DNA of 64,000 nucleotides from Octopus vulgaris (lineage: Eukaryota). Under the pieces are notes generated by a model. The model had not been told where the DNA came from and did not search any database. It saw only the letters and a program-made list of their open reading frames with translations. Shown here in pieces: positions 1 to 12,329 of the stretch; the stretch's first letter is position 1, and each line of letters begins with the position of its first letter. The stretch lies in contig OX597816.1 of assembly GCA_951406725.2 (NCBI GenBank), positions 93,310,001 to 93,374,000 of the forward strand, given 5' to 3'. The position numbers and the translations under genes were made by a program.

Positions 1-249
1 ATATTGTTTGCCTAATACACACTCACACATACACTCATACACACAGTCACACACATGCAGATACATGCGCATGCATGCACACACACACAACAACAACAAC
101 AATAGCAACAATAATGGTAATAATAATTTTATGGAAATAATTCAGGGAGTGAACTACTGTACCGATCTTGACCCTTATAGTGTAGCAAGAACAATTTATA
201 TTAATTAATTAATTTATTATTGTGATTCATATGGAGCACACAAGAATAT

Positions 250-600
250 TTATTAAAGCATAAACATTAGGATAAAATTATTTATTATAAAGATGAGAAA
301 GCCATGGTTGGAACCTTTTATAATTCTTCTTTCGAATATTGGCACTTGAGGCACATTACATAAAGCTATAAATAATAGCTTATAAATGCTGTGTTGACTA
401 TCCCTCTTGGATAGAAAAAGTTGATGGTTGCCTGTTGGATATGATCCCACATCTCCTGTAGACATGACAAGCATTTAACATAGGCAGCTTTTCACTTTTT
501 CTATCCAAAAGGAATTTTCAACCCAGTATTTACAGGCTATTATTTATAGCTTTATATGTTGTGCCTTGAGAGTCAATATTCCACAAAAGAATTATTTCAT
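250..600 (-). mobile_element. Highly degraded LINE (RTE-like) AP-endonuclease fragment
   Basis: Minus-strand translation gives NVPQVPIFERR, similar to the RTE APE motif YAPQVGxxEEEK. Frameshifted and weak. Confidence 0.3.
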
Positions 601-2180
601 GTTATCTAAAAAGTTCATATATACTTAGAACCTTTTACATCATGTTTCATTTCATTTAATAAATTTAAATTTTTTTTTTTCTCAGGAGGAAGGGGCTATG
701 CCCTTGACTCTTTACAAAGCTATAAACTGGTGAGCATTGGGGAAGCAATACATCCTCAAAGAGGAAGATCTGGTTCAAATACTTGCAGGTTAGAGGATGT
801 TGCTAAAGGTTCCTATAGACCAAGTATTAGCATTAAACAAGGCAATAGTTTGTCTACCACCTAAACACCCAAAATGGATTACCTACCTCTTGAATTGTCT
901 ATCACACAGACTTTTCAAAGCAGAGCTGACAAGAGTTATCCAACAATGAATGAGTACAATATCAACAATGAGATACTTTTAGCCATACTATTTTACCAGT
1001 TTACTTTTCTCTTGTCTCTCCAAACACAAGAATCAATCCAAGATTAATATTTGGCATTTTAAAATATTTTTATATAGATTTCAAAGAGATTCAATGAAAG
1101 GTCAAGACTTCCCAACTATGGTTTAAATTTTAACATTATTTTGACAACCTCATTTCTTTTCTTGTTTCTATTGCTATTTTATTTTTCATATAAGCAAGTT
1201 TTGCAGATGTGCATCCTATAAGTGAAACTGTACTGTTCCTGGATGAACTACTAGATACTGCCTACTTCAGTTACCTATCAAATTAAGAGGTATCATCAGG
1301 AAGAAGACAAATTTAATGGTTGAACACTGAAATGACTGGGAAAAGACCATTGGAGAGTTATCTATAGAACCAAGATTGAATCCTCTTATGTGCGATTAGA
1401 AATAACTTTCCTGTAGGTTTGGTGGCTAATCTATCAGCAATTTGTTATTTGCTTTTCTGAATTTTCAATGCTACATGTGATCGAATGAAAGTTTAACATA
1501 TATTTTGAAATTAATATTTGTTGGAAAAAGAAATTTTGTTCTGGTTACACCCATGTAGAAGCTGTCTTACATAAAATGATAAAACACTACTTTGTTGCTT
1601 TACCTACAAGTCACAGCCTACCTGAAGAAAGTTAGCATTAATAGGGACACTGGGTTCATAACATCATAAGATACAGAAGAAAAAATAGAAGAAATGGAGT
1701 TGGATGAGAACTTCAACTCTCATTTAAGCAAGGATTTACTGTCTTAAACAGGTAAGAGCAAGATTAGTTTGCAAGCTGACAAATGTAAGACGCTATGGTT
1801 AATAATTCATACAAGCAAGAAAACATTGAATGCCATTGTGAGAAAACATAGTCAGTGTTATTTTGACAAAATATATTGAACACAGTCCCATGCAGCCAAA
1901 CAGATTTCATTTTATTCAAGAAATGGCCAACATTGCCACACAAACTCTAAGCTTCCTAGGTATGCATTTAATGAACAGAAAGTCAACTGTAGACACCGAA
2001 AAGGTCAAATAAAACCCATTGTGCACTACTGCTTACATATCAAGGATGGTGCTCTAATCAGACATAGACAGAACTAAGAACACACCCAGAACAAAGTGAT
2101 TTAGCTAACTTGAAATAACACACCTACAAATTTGCTTCAAAACTCATAGCTTGAAACAATGTAAGCATCACAATAAAAGT

Positions 2181-2670
2181 GGAGGCACATTTCCTAGTGG
2201 TTAAAGTAGAAGACTCACGGTTGAGAGATTGTGGATTCAAATCTCAGATAGGGAGATGTGTGTGTTTAAGAGCAAAACACCAGAGCTCCACACAGCTCTA
2301 GCAGAAAGTAATGGCGAACTTCTGTTGACTCTTTCACTGCAATTTTCTCTCATTCTTTCCTCCAGCATCTAGCAGCTCACCTGCGACAGACCAGTGTCCT
2401 ATCCAAATGGGGAACTTATACGCCAACAAAACCAGGAAACTGACCCTTATGAGCCAGACATGGCTAACAACAGTTACTTGACCTGCTAGAAATAGCCAAA
2501 TATCACGTAATCTCATTCCAATGTGATGCATTTGTGATACAGAAACCACACATAAAATTATACAATCCTTCGTTCCCTGCACATAATAAAAAGACAGGAG
2601 AGTTATAGATGGACTGCCTTTCATCAAAATTCTTCACAATCAGAACTGATCTACGGTTAAATAACAACAA
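2181..2670 (+). mobile_element. tRNA-derived SINE (family C), near full length
   Basis: Head ggaggcacat..tagtggttaaag (A box) and ggattcaaatc (B box); 3' end ..ttaaataacaacaa. A related 3' half occurs at ~43550-43755 and a related element at 10890-11150. Confidence 0.7.
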
Positions 2671-2925
2671 GAGGGAAGAGCGAAGAACAGGGCCTCAAGA
2701 TGAGGAAAGAAGGCATAATAAATTAGAATCATACCATTTTGCAGTGTAAATCTTGAAGTCGATGAGGAAGTGAATAAACTAGCAAATAAACTAGAAAAAT
2801 AATTGGTGGGTTAATCTTTCTTTAGGGGTACCAGAGTGTATAAATAATAAGAAAATAAAAATAGTACTTAAATTTAACAGGATTCGCCAATAAGTCTAGA
2901 AAAAGAATAGTACCTATGATTTCAT

Positions 2926-2940
2926 AAATATATATATATA

Positions 2941-2997
<57 letters not shown>

Positions 2998-3086
2998 GTA
3001 TATATATATATGTATATATATATTCTTTTATTCTTTTACATGTTTCAGTCATTTAACTGCTGCCATATATATATATATATATATAT

Positions 3087-3139
<53 letters not shown>

Positions 3140-3140
3140 C

Positions 3141-3171
<31 letters not shown>

Positions 3172-3172
3172 T
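2926..3172. repeat. Compound microsatellite (TA)n / (GATA)n / (GACA)n enclosing a reversed SINE tail (~3023-3065)
   Basis: Direct reading. ttcttttacatgtttcagtcattt is the reverse complement of the family A SINE 3' end. Confidence 0.9.
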
Positions 3173-3277
3173 ACTCTGAGTTGTAAGGAAAATATAAGAC
3201 TAAATGAATATACTCCATCTATGTTCAAGTTACGTCCTTTTATAAAAGACTACTCATATTTTCTTACTACACATATA

Positions 3278-4494
3278 CTAGATTAATTCACATGAAATGT
3301 CACATTTTTAATTACTTGTTATTTCAGTCATTTAAAAACTCAATTATGTATACACTTGCATTTAATCTTGATTCTTTTTCCTTTCCCTATAATATTAGTA
3401 TATGAAATTTGTACCCACAGACCTTATGAAAATGATAACAACCAAACTATGTTGAGTGATTTTCTCGTATGAGGACAAACAGGGTCACTCTGCCACAGAA
3501 GCTCTATGGAATATCAAGTGGGCCTTTGGTAATGGTTTTGTTGACATCAGAACTGTTCAGAGATGGTTCCAAAGCTCTTGTTCAGGAGATGATAGCCTTG
3601 AAGATAAATAAAGGGGTAGGCCAAAATCAGTTATTCAGCACGATGGATTAAATGCTTTGGTTGAACAATATACAAGAACAAAGGTTCAAAAGCTTTCATC
3701 AGAACTCCAAACATCACGTGCAACTGTTTTTGGACACCTGCAAAAGATTGGAAAAGTCAAGAAAACAGATAGGCTTGTTCAACATCAACTGAACGAGATT
3801 CAGAACAGATACCTTGAAGTGTGCTCCTTATTGCTTTTTCAACTAGAAAAAGACCAAATCATTACTTGTGATGAGAAATGGATACTTTTTGACAACAGCA
3901 GGAGAACAGGACAGTGATTAGATGCAGGAGAGTCACCTAAACACTACCCAAACCCACCATTGCACTGTATGGTGGTCTGTGAAGGGAGTTATTCATTATT
4001 CATTTTTGCAACAAAGAAAAATGGTAACAGCAAAATTGTATTACCAGGAAATTGATTGTATACATGAGAATTTGAAAAAGAAGCAACCCAGACTAGTAAA
4101 TAGTGATGGCCCAATTTTGCTCCACGACAATGCACATCCTCACACTCCTCAAGCTATGGTCCAAAAGTTGCAAAGCCTGAATTATGAGATTTTGCAACAT
4201 CTTCCCTATTCCCCTGATATCTCTCCTACTGATCATCATTTTAAAAAAAATTTTGAGCTTTTCATAAGCAATAAAACATTCTTAAATAGAGAAGAGGTAA
4301 TTGAAGCATTCAGACAGTTTATCACAGCAAAAGATGAATTTTTTTTTAAAGATGGAATATATGACTTAGCGAAACGTTGGGTAAACGTCATAAATGAACA
4401 TGGCTCATATTCTGATTAAATAAATCAGTTCTCTAACACTTCTGAAACTTTATTGTTACCTTTCAAATATGACATTTCATGCGAAACAACCTAA
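3278..4494 (+). mobile_element. Mariner (DD34D) DNA transposon, near full length, decayed
   Basis: TA|ctagattaattcacatgaaatgtcacattt ... aaatatgacatttcatgcgaaacaacctaa|TA: imperfect ~30-bp TIRs and a TA TSD; about 1.2 kb long. Confidence 0.93.
3432..4419 (+). pseudogene. Mariner transposase pseudogene (stops and frameshifts)
   Basis: HTH region GHSATEALWNI..RTVQRWF..SLED; catalytic motifs ITCDEKW, LLHDNA and PYSPDISPTDHH; C-terminus KRWVNVINEHGSYSD. Confidence 0.92.
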
Positions 4495-4654
4495 TATATA
4501 TTTTACTATATTACATTTTATATATGACATGGCATTTCAAATGGTATTTTCATAGCTTGTAAGACCTATGTGTGCAGAACACATTATTATTAACATCATT
4601 ATATATATACATGTGTGTGTTTCTGTGTGTATATATATACTTGTGTGTGTATGC

Positions 4655-4696
<42 letters not shown>

Positions 4697-4702
<6 letters not shown>

Positions 4703-4858
4703 GCATGACTGTGTGGTAAGAAGCTTGCTTCCCAACCACATGGTTCTGGGTTCAGTCCCACTGTGTAACAACTTGGGCAAATGTCTTCTACTTATAGCAT
4801 CTGGTCAACCAAAACCTTGTGGGTAGATTTGGTAGATGGAAACTGAAAGAAAGCCGTC

Positions 4859-4914
<56 letters not shown>

Positions 4915-5110
4915 CTTTGTGCCTGTTTGTCCCCACCACTGCTTGACAACCACTGTTGGTGAGTTTACATCCCTGTAACATAGTAGTTTACCAAAAGAGA
5001 CTGATAGAATAAGTACTAGGCTTTAAAAATGTCCTGGAGTCAATTTAACTAAAGCCCTTTTTGGCAGTATTCCAGCATGGCCACAGTCAAATGACTAAAA
5101 CAAGTAAAAT
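4697..5110 (+). mobile_element. tRNA-derived SINE family A with internal (TG)n, full length
   Basis: Head gcaggcatgactgtgtggtaagaag..ggttctgggttcagtccc, body ..ttgggcaaatgtcttcta.., internal microsatellite, tail gtcaaatgactaaaacaagtaaaa. Many copies in the window. Confidence 0.85.
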
Positions 5111-5854
5111 AACACAAAAATAAAAATAATATATATAAATAACATATATATGTATATATACATTTATATATTTGGTTAAGGGGCCTGTTTCTCAATCACA
5201 TGGTTCCAGGTTCGATTCCCCAACATAGTACCTTACAGAAATTCTTCTGTACCATAGACTCAGATCAACCCCAAAACTATCAGTAAAATTTGACTGAAAC
5301 AAACAGTACAGACTCATATCAAATCTGAGTGTGTAGGTGAATTAGTAGTCTGGTGTGAAATACTTTTTTACTATTAAATAACGTTTCTGTATGTTTTTGG
5401 TTATATAACTTAAAGTACTAGTTATACTTTTTATACCCAAATCAATTCACCCTTCCCACTTTTCAGGGGTGATAAAATATACACTAAAGTACTGGCTGTA
5501 GTCCAATGACCGAAACTAGTAAAAATTAGAAGAATATTGTTTCCTAAAGCAGTCGGTTCTATTCATTTTTAAAATGATGTGAATTGTCAGTCATTGATTA
5601 ACTCTTCAGATTTGATTTTTATTTTTAAAACAAAAGCCTTTCATTGTAATTGAATATGGCTGCCTTGTCTTGTGAAATCAGTTCAACTCTTTTTTTTTTT
5701 CTTTAAAGCAATGATGAAATTTGTATTAAGGCAGTGGCAATGAGAGTAGATTTGTTGGTCATATGAACACACAGTAGTAAGTTCAAACCTTTCACAGTCA
5801 CAGTTTGATCAAACTGAGGTGATGTAATACTTATATATACCAACTGACTGATTA

Positions 5855-6058
5855 TTGTTGTTGTTAAGCAACAAGATGGGTAAGGGTGATTAGGTGATGG
5901 TCTAAGGCTTAGAGGCGGGAGACACCAGACCTTGGAGGAAAAAAGAAAACTTTGGTCGTCTTGTAGTTGAGGGCTCTTTGTTGACACCCGACACCACTGG
6001 GAGGTGGCCCTCGAAGTCGCTGGAAATGGATATCTCCAGGTCCAAATTCTTGGACAGC
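5855..6058 (-). mobile_element. ~205-bp non-tRNA retroposon with (AAC)n tail, copy 1
   Basis: Perfect 12-bp TSD actgactgatta (5843-5854 and 6059-6070); end-to-end similarity with 54939-55149. Confidence 0.9.
5969..6058 (-). ncRNA. Candidate HDV-like self-cleaving ribozyme at the 5' end of retroposon copy 1
   Basis: Manual fold: P1 GCU..CGAC/GUCGGGU, P2 GAGGGC/GCCCUC, P3 ACC/GGU, L3 UCCCAGU, J4/2 CAAA. Not computed or assayed. Confidence 0.5.
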
Positions 6059-6179
6059 ACTGACTGATTAGGTCAAGTAAGAACAGCTAGTTAAAATTAA
6101 AGTTATTTTCACAATATGAATACAGCTAAATTTATAAAATCCTATCACAAAGCAAATATATATGTGTACATGTCTTTGA

Positions 6180-6226
<47 letters not shown>

Positions 6227-6490
6227 TGTACACACACATGTTTGATATGCATGACACAAAAGAATTGCAAAAAAAACATGAAAGAAGTAGGAGTTCAACA
6301 TATTGTAGTGCTTTAACCACAGTTCATATTCTTGATCTTTGAAGTCCCATACAAAGATGGAACTATGAGACTTGGAAGTAACAATGAGCGAAATTATTAG
6401 CTTGTAATGTATATCATCAAACTCTGTAATACTTATTGAGCATTCTATTTTCTTGGGCAATTCTTGTGTGCTATACATGAAACACATGCT

Positions 6491-6704
6491 TACAAGGGTG
6501 TGTTGAAAAGTTCCTGGCTTAAAGGGTATCATGAAAAGTCTGGTTGGAGGCCCAACCTTCCAAGTTCTTTCTTAGAAAAACTGAAGGATCACTGCAATAA
6601 CTGTTTGAATTGAAGAGAGGAATATGTTGAGTAAAATCATAATTAACTGATCCTCCTGTATTTTATTTTACCCAAAGTCAGAAACTTTTCATCACCCTGT
6701 TGTA
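6491..6704 (+). mobile_element. Mariner-derived MITE (~210 bp)
   Basis: TAcaagggtgtgttgaaaagttcctggc ... gtcagaaacttttcatcaccctgttgTA TIRs; retains the transposase C-terminus (LEKLKDHCNNC..RGEYVE*). Second copy at 10260-10467. Confidence 0.85.
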
Positions 6705-6822
6705 TGTCTTGTCTTTCATGAGTAGAACACTGTATGCATAAAGGCTAAGATTAACTGAACATGGAGCAATGCTAATCAGACTTCTCCTGTAAAAACAATC
6801 TGATTCTACTCTATAAATATAT

Positions 6823-7210
6823 TGGCATGTAAAAGCACCATCCATTCGTGTCCGTCGCCAGCCTCACCTGGCCCCCGTGCCGGTGACATGTAAAAGCACC
6901 ATCCATTCGTGGCCGTTTGCCAGCTCCGTCTGGCCCCATGTCGATGGCACGTAAAAGCACCATCTGTTCGTGTCCGTTGCCAGCCTCCTCACCTAACCCC
7001 CGTGCCGGTGACACGTAAAAGCACCATCCGTTTGTGGCCGTTTGCCAGCTCTGTCTGGCCCCGTGTCGGTGGCACGTAAAAGCACCATCAGTTCGTGTCT
7101 GTTGCCAGCATCACCTGGCCCCGTGCCGGTGACACGTAAAAGCACCGTCCGTTCGTGGCCGTTTGCCAGCTCTGTCTGGCACCTGTGCAGGTGGCACGTA
7201 AAAAGCACCC
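6823..7210 (+). repeat. GC-rich ~60-64-bp tandem array (7 core motifs) with alternating A/B units
   Basis: Core ca(c/t)gtaaaagcaccatc recurs at about 6826, 6886, 6949, 7012, 7073, 7133 and 7195. Confidence 0.9.
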
Positions 7211-7373
7211 ACTACACTCACAGAGTGGTTGGCGTTAGGAAGGGTATCCAGCCGTAGAAACACTGCCAGATCTGACGAAGCCTTCCAGCTTCACAGACCC
7301 CAGTTGAACCGTCCAACCCATGCTAGCATGGAAAGCGGACGCTAAATGATGATGATGATGATGATGATGATGA
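7195..7373 (+). mobile_element. RTE-LINE-type 3' tail ending (GAT)n
   Basis: gagtggttggcgttaggaagggtatccagcc ... aacccatgctagcatggaaagcggacgctaaat(gat)n. The same tail follows RTE ORF2 C-termini at 31500, 45436-45973 and 54340. Confidence 0.85.
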
Positions 7374-8989
7374 AGTACCTGACTGAAAACAGAGAAAATT
7401 TCATTCTAAGATTGAGAAAGTAGATATATTTCTTTAATGATTTGATGTTTGGTGGTCCAGTAAGAAATTCAGTTTTAGAAAGTATTAAAATCCACCAGCT
7501 TTTAATGACTGCTTAATACACACACACACACTTTATCTTGATCCTTTCCCTCAATTTCTTTGGCCTTTAAAATCATCATAGATACAACATTGTCCTTAGT
7601 TAATTTCTGCAACACAGAGACAGCTGTACATGCAGCAAAGGTCAAATTTAAAAACCTCAACAAGACGCAGTATATCAGAATAACAGAAGGCTCCTTTAAA
7701 ATTAGCTAGAACTATCATGGATCAACCTTCCTGATCAAGGAGGGGTGAAGCATTATGACTCTACTCATTTGTTTAGGGTTTTTGAATGAGAAGGCTGCAA
7801 GGTTCAGTATTAGCTGGAGTTTGACTGAAAAATGCAGAACTTATAATAACAACAAAAAGTGCAGGCTCTCCATAGAGGAGAAATCTATGAATTAAGAAAA
7901 TTCTTTTCAACTGAAAATATACCTGAACCCCAAGACCCAAACATTCACACACCGCCATATGAATGAAAATAAATTTGAGGTAGCAGAATCTCACCTAACA
8001 GCAAAAATTCGTATTTTTGTTCACAAGATCCCTACTCTCTTCCTATGCACTCAGGCAACTTTGCATCTTTTTCTCTTTGTCTCTCCACCTCTATCTCTCT
8101 GACTCTCTTTCCCACTTTTGCCTTCAATTTTTCTCTCTCCCCTTCTCTCTCCACTCTTTATATATGTGTGTGTATGCACATGCTCAGATGAGTGTAGAGT
8201 ATGCATGCACACGTGTACCTGATTGTGATTATGAACTCATATCTTGTTTTTATATATATTTAGATATGTATGTGTATGTTTACACACACATGCAGTGCAC
8301 ACATCTATGCCTCTACATCCTTCTCTTCTACTCTACTTTAAATTATACTTCGGTATAACTCTTTAAACCTTGCCAAGAGAAACAACTCCCAAACACTTTT
8401 GCATGCAATTATTTTGGCAATTTCTTGTATTTCATTTCTGTTCAGTTTTTGTTTTCCGCTTTTCTAGAAATTGATATTTTGCCTTTGCTTTTCTGCTTCA
8501 CTGAAAGTATTCTTTGCACTTTCAGAGCAAAAAGAGCCCTAGCTATACACATCCTATTGTCAAGCATGTTTGATCACTCTCCCTACTAAAGAAGTTTAAT
8601 TTTGCATGAAACTGATTTCTTACATCATTTGTCAGAATTATAGGATCTTTGATTTATAATTTTGGATTTAGATATATGCTTGGTTGTATGTATGCATGTA
8701 TGTGAAGGTGCAGGGCTTCAGAAATACAGCATGGTTCTGTACAGTTTCCATGAACTAAATTTCATGGGTCAAGATGAGACTGTAGCAGAAAACATTTGCT
8801 CGTGGTTATGTAAGGAATTCTGCATTACACAGCCATAACTGCACAAGTATGTATATATATATTTATGTATATATATATATATATATGTGTATGTGTGTGT
8901 GTGAGTGTGCGTGTGTGCTTGTGTTGACATATATATTTATATATGGCACATACATATATATATCACCATCATCATTTATCATCCATTTT

Positions 8990-9219
8990 CTTATTTCTTT
9001 ATTGCCCACAAGGGGCTAAATACAGAGGGGACAAACAAGGACAGACAAAGGAATTAAGTAGATTACATCGACCCACAATGCGTAACTGGTACTTAATTTA
9101 TTGACCCCGAAAGGATGAAAGGCAAAGTCGATCTCAGCAGAATTTGAACGTAGCGCCAGACGAAATACTGCTAAGCATTTCGCCTGGCATGCTAAAGTTT
9201 CAGCCAGCTCACTGCCTTC
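8990..9219 (-). mobile_element. tRNA-derived SINE family B
   Basis: Reverse strand reads aaggcagtgagctggctgaaac..gttcaaattc..gcctttcatcctttcggggtcaataaattaagtaccag..ccccttgtgggcaataaagaaataa. It interrupts a reversed RTE tail, with atccatttt(c/t) on both sides. Confidence 0.85.
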
Positions 9220-9224
9220 TTTAT

Positions 9225-9600
9225 AATCCATTTTCTAAGCTGGCATGGGTTGAATGGTTTGACCATGGCTGAAAAGCTGGAGAGTTGCACCAAGTTCCAC
9301 TCTGATTTGGGCTGGTTTCTATGATTGATGCCCTTCCTAATGCCAGCCACTTTACAGAGTGTGTGGGTGTTTTTTTATGTAGCACAGGCACAAGTGCTTT
9401 TTACATGGTACCAGCTCAGGTACTCTTCGCATGGACTGGAATGGGTGACCTTTACATGCCCAGCATAGGTGCTTTTTACACAAAGCCAGCACAGATGCTT
9501 TTTATGCAGCACCAGCACAGGAAAATTTTGTGTGGCACTAGCACTGGCATAGGTGCTTTTTACATGGCACCAGCATGGGGCTCTTGCAAAGCAAACACCC
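9225..9600 (-). mobile_element. RTE-type 3' tail with degenerate tandem 'gtaaaaagcacc' units
   Basis: Reverse complement of the 6823-7373 family: gatgcccttcctaatgcc and repeated ggtgctttttaca. Confidence 0.75.
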
Positions 9601-10259
9601 CTTCAGCTGGGAGGCTCATATGCACAAGCATGTTTGTGTGTAAATGTGAGAGATAGATAGAACGAAAAACAGTGTGCAAATTTGTGTTCTAGTTTTTGTT
9701 TTTTTTTAATTAGCTGAATCTGTTCTTGTGATTTTAAAATTTATGACTAAATCTCAAAATTGTTATTTCCTCTGTGTATAAGTACTGTACTTTACTACAT
9801 TAACATTTAGCATTGGAATTTTGCCATGAATGGGTTGACATTTATTTCAATCATTGGTTATTATCAGCCCTTTCTTTTGGTTGTGGATTTAAAGCTAAAA
9901 ATCAATTTCTTGCAATGTAAGTAAACAAATGCTCTGAAACACATACACACATACTTGTACATAAGCAAACACAAACACACATATATAAATATACATGTGC
10001 ACACTTATATGTATATAAACACATTTTATGTGTATTATATAAACAGTAACATTTTATGTCTGCTTTTCCATGCTTACATGTGTTGGACTGGTCTTCTTTA
10101 GCATCACATCTCACCACTTGTTGCAGTGCTTTGTCATCCCCTTCATGACGTTTGGACTGTTGAAACTAGCTTTACTACTTCTCATGATTTTGTCTCTTCC
10201 ATAATTCTTTCACTTAGATTATTTTACCCATTTTCGACTATCATCCTCCATACACAACA

Positions 10260-10467
10260 TATGAGGGGTTGTTGAAAAGTTCTTGGGTTTTAGAGTATCA
10301 TGAAAGGCCTGGCTTTCAAGTTCATTTACAAGGTTTAGAAAAACTGAAGGACTGCTGCAATAAGATTGTGAATCTGAGAAGGGAATATGTTGAATAAAAT
10401 CATAACTAACTTATCCTCCTGTATTTTCTTTTACCCAAAATCAGCAACTTTTCAGTAACCCCTCCTA
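10260..10467 (+). mobile_element. Mariner-derived MITE, copy 2
   Basis: TAtgaggggttgttgaaaagtt ... aacttttcagtaacccctccTA; colinear with 6491-6704. Confidence 0.85.
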
Positions 10468-10884
10468 TATCTATATCAGCTGAGTTTTGTATGCTACATC
10501 AGGTTCCTCTCATCTTATTTGTGCCAGTGGTTCATGTACACTACTTTCAAACATCAAATGTATAACTACATCAGAGTATAATTACTTTACTTGTTTCAGC
10601 TTTTGCACATTCTCCAGATTCAGTTTCTATGTTTGAATACTATGCAAGATACTTTGTACACAATATCGTGCAATCTGTCCTTCCCTCAGAGAGAATACCC
10701 AGAGTTAACAGCTTTGTGACCTTTTCCTACCCAGTCCTTATATTGATTATGCTTGAGAACACCTACCTCCACTGCCTAATTATGTTACTTAGGTAATTGG
10801 TGCAATCAACTGTTCTTGGAATGTATTTGAAACCCTTCATTTAATGGGTGAGCTAGTTACTACTACATTGGTGTATTTACCACA

Positions 10885-11152
10885 TCAAAAGTCAAAGATC
10901 AAAGGTCCTTCCCAAGCCATAGGTTCGCTCATAAGGCCAGTTTTCTGGATTCTGTGATGTATATATTCCCTCACTAGACAGTGACATGCTGGCCAATCAC
11001 AGGATTATTCATTTTTGCCAGTTGAGTGGACTGGAGCATCATGAAATGAAGTGTTTTGCTCAAGAATTCAAACACATCAATCAGTCCAAAACTGAAACGA
11101 CAATCTCACAATTATAAGTGCAGCACTCTAACCATTACTGCCACAGGCCTCT
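10885..11152 (-). mobile_element. tRNA-derived SINE related to family C
   Basis: Reverse strand reads gaggcctgtggcagtaatggttagag..ttgagcaaaacact..gaaaactggccttatgagc, with a (ctttga)n-like tail. Confidence 0.65.
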
Positions 11153-11962
11153 ATATATAAAGTCTTTATTTCTTCTTAACTTGCCAGTTATTCCAATGCA
11201 TCATTCTAAGTTTCCAGTTGGTAGATTAATTCAGAATTCCTACCTATTCCTTGTCTGCTCTCTGAGTGTGTCCCACTTTCTCTGATAGTTATATAGTCTT
11301 ATTTCCTTTACTGATTACTTAGAACTTTTCCTTTTAATAGACTTATTTGAAGCATTTTTTTATTCTAGGTCTTGCTTTCATATCTATAATTCTTCTAATA
11401 CTTTGATAAATTTGGCTATGATAGCTAGGCCATCTACAAATAGGTTTCAAGAACACTTGGTCTTAAACTACAAAGTTGATGGACACCTATCTGCATGCTA
11501 AATTTCTGAATCCATGGCTTGTCTGACCCTTAAAAGCTATTCATCTTCACTTAACTTTCTCAGAAATCACAAAACTACAGTGTGGTACACAATAGAGGCC
11601 CTTTCTAAGTTGATGAACATAAGATAAAGTGGCTTACTCTAAATTGTGCTAAAAATTTTTCCTATTACTTTCAAAATTTGGTACTTCAATTAAAAACTCA
11701 CTCTTTACTCCATCAGTGGGAGCATGTGCACCACAATCATTTCCCATTATATTCAATTACTCTTGAAAAGCACAGTGCTATGGGACTCATTGTTTATGAG
11801 GATCATGAACATGTTACTACCATTTTGCTCAGATGGTGTCATATGAAGACATAATGAATTCTATACAGGATAATGTTTGCACACTGTAAAATATATTTCA
11901 AAATACTTTATAGCTCTTAAGTTATGATTTATACATACATACATATATACATACATGCATAC

Positions 11963-11996
<34 letters not shown>

Positions 11997-12329
11997 ATAC
12001 ATATATTCATATATGCACATATGTATATGTACATATAAACAAACACACATACACACATGTATATAAATGCAACTATATATATGTATATATAAAGCACAGA
12101 TTATTATATATAGAGGATGAGAAAGGATCAGAGAGAGAAAGAAAGAGAAAAAGAGAAGATTGTAATCATGCTGCCTAGAAAAGATTTATTTTGCCTATGT
12201 TATCTTCATTCTCATAGTCATAAAAATACGCTTAATTGAGATTTCCAGAGCTCTCCTTCAAGAGTTGGAAAATTTGATTAAAATTGGGGGATAAAAACTG
12301 AATACTATCAAATATGATGAAGCAAAAGA

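Larger units (their letters stand above)
10040..11800 (-). mobile_element. Degraded RTE LINE ORF2 (RT to 3' tail), interrupted by a MITE and a SINE
   Basis: Minus-strand motifs LYLMFINLERA (~FVDLEKAFD), VDGLAIIA..KQDL (~YADDL..WKxGL) and FSLRE..YCVQSILHS (~SLRVKGRLY..CVRS), followed by a tail matching the RTE 3' end at ~10050. Confidence 0.65.

Noticed and set aside
686-863. Exon after a strong poly-T..CAG acceptor
   Set aside because: No recognisable peptide and no partner exons. The sequence looks more like a decayed LINE 5' region.
2181-2255. tRNA gene
   Set aside because: It has A/B boxes but no cloverleaf and continues into a SINE body. The same holds for the other SINE heads.
6823-7210. 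CRISPR-like array
   Set aside because: The inter-core segments are themselves repeated (A/B), not unique spacers. The context is a eukaryotic RTE 3' UTR with no cas genes.
7250-7290. Hammerhead core (GAAAC..CUGACGA)
   Set aside because: No compatible three-stem junction, and other copies of the tail lack the motif.
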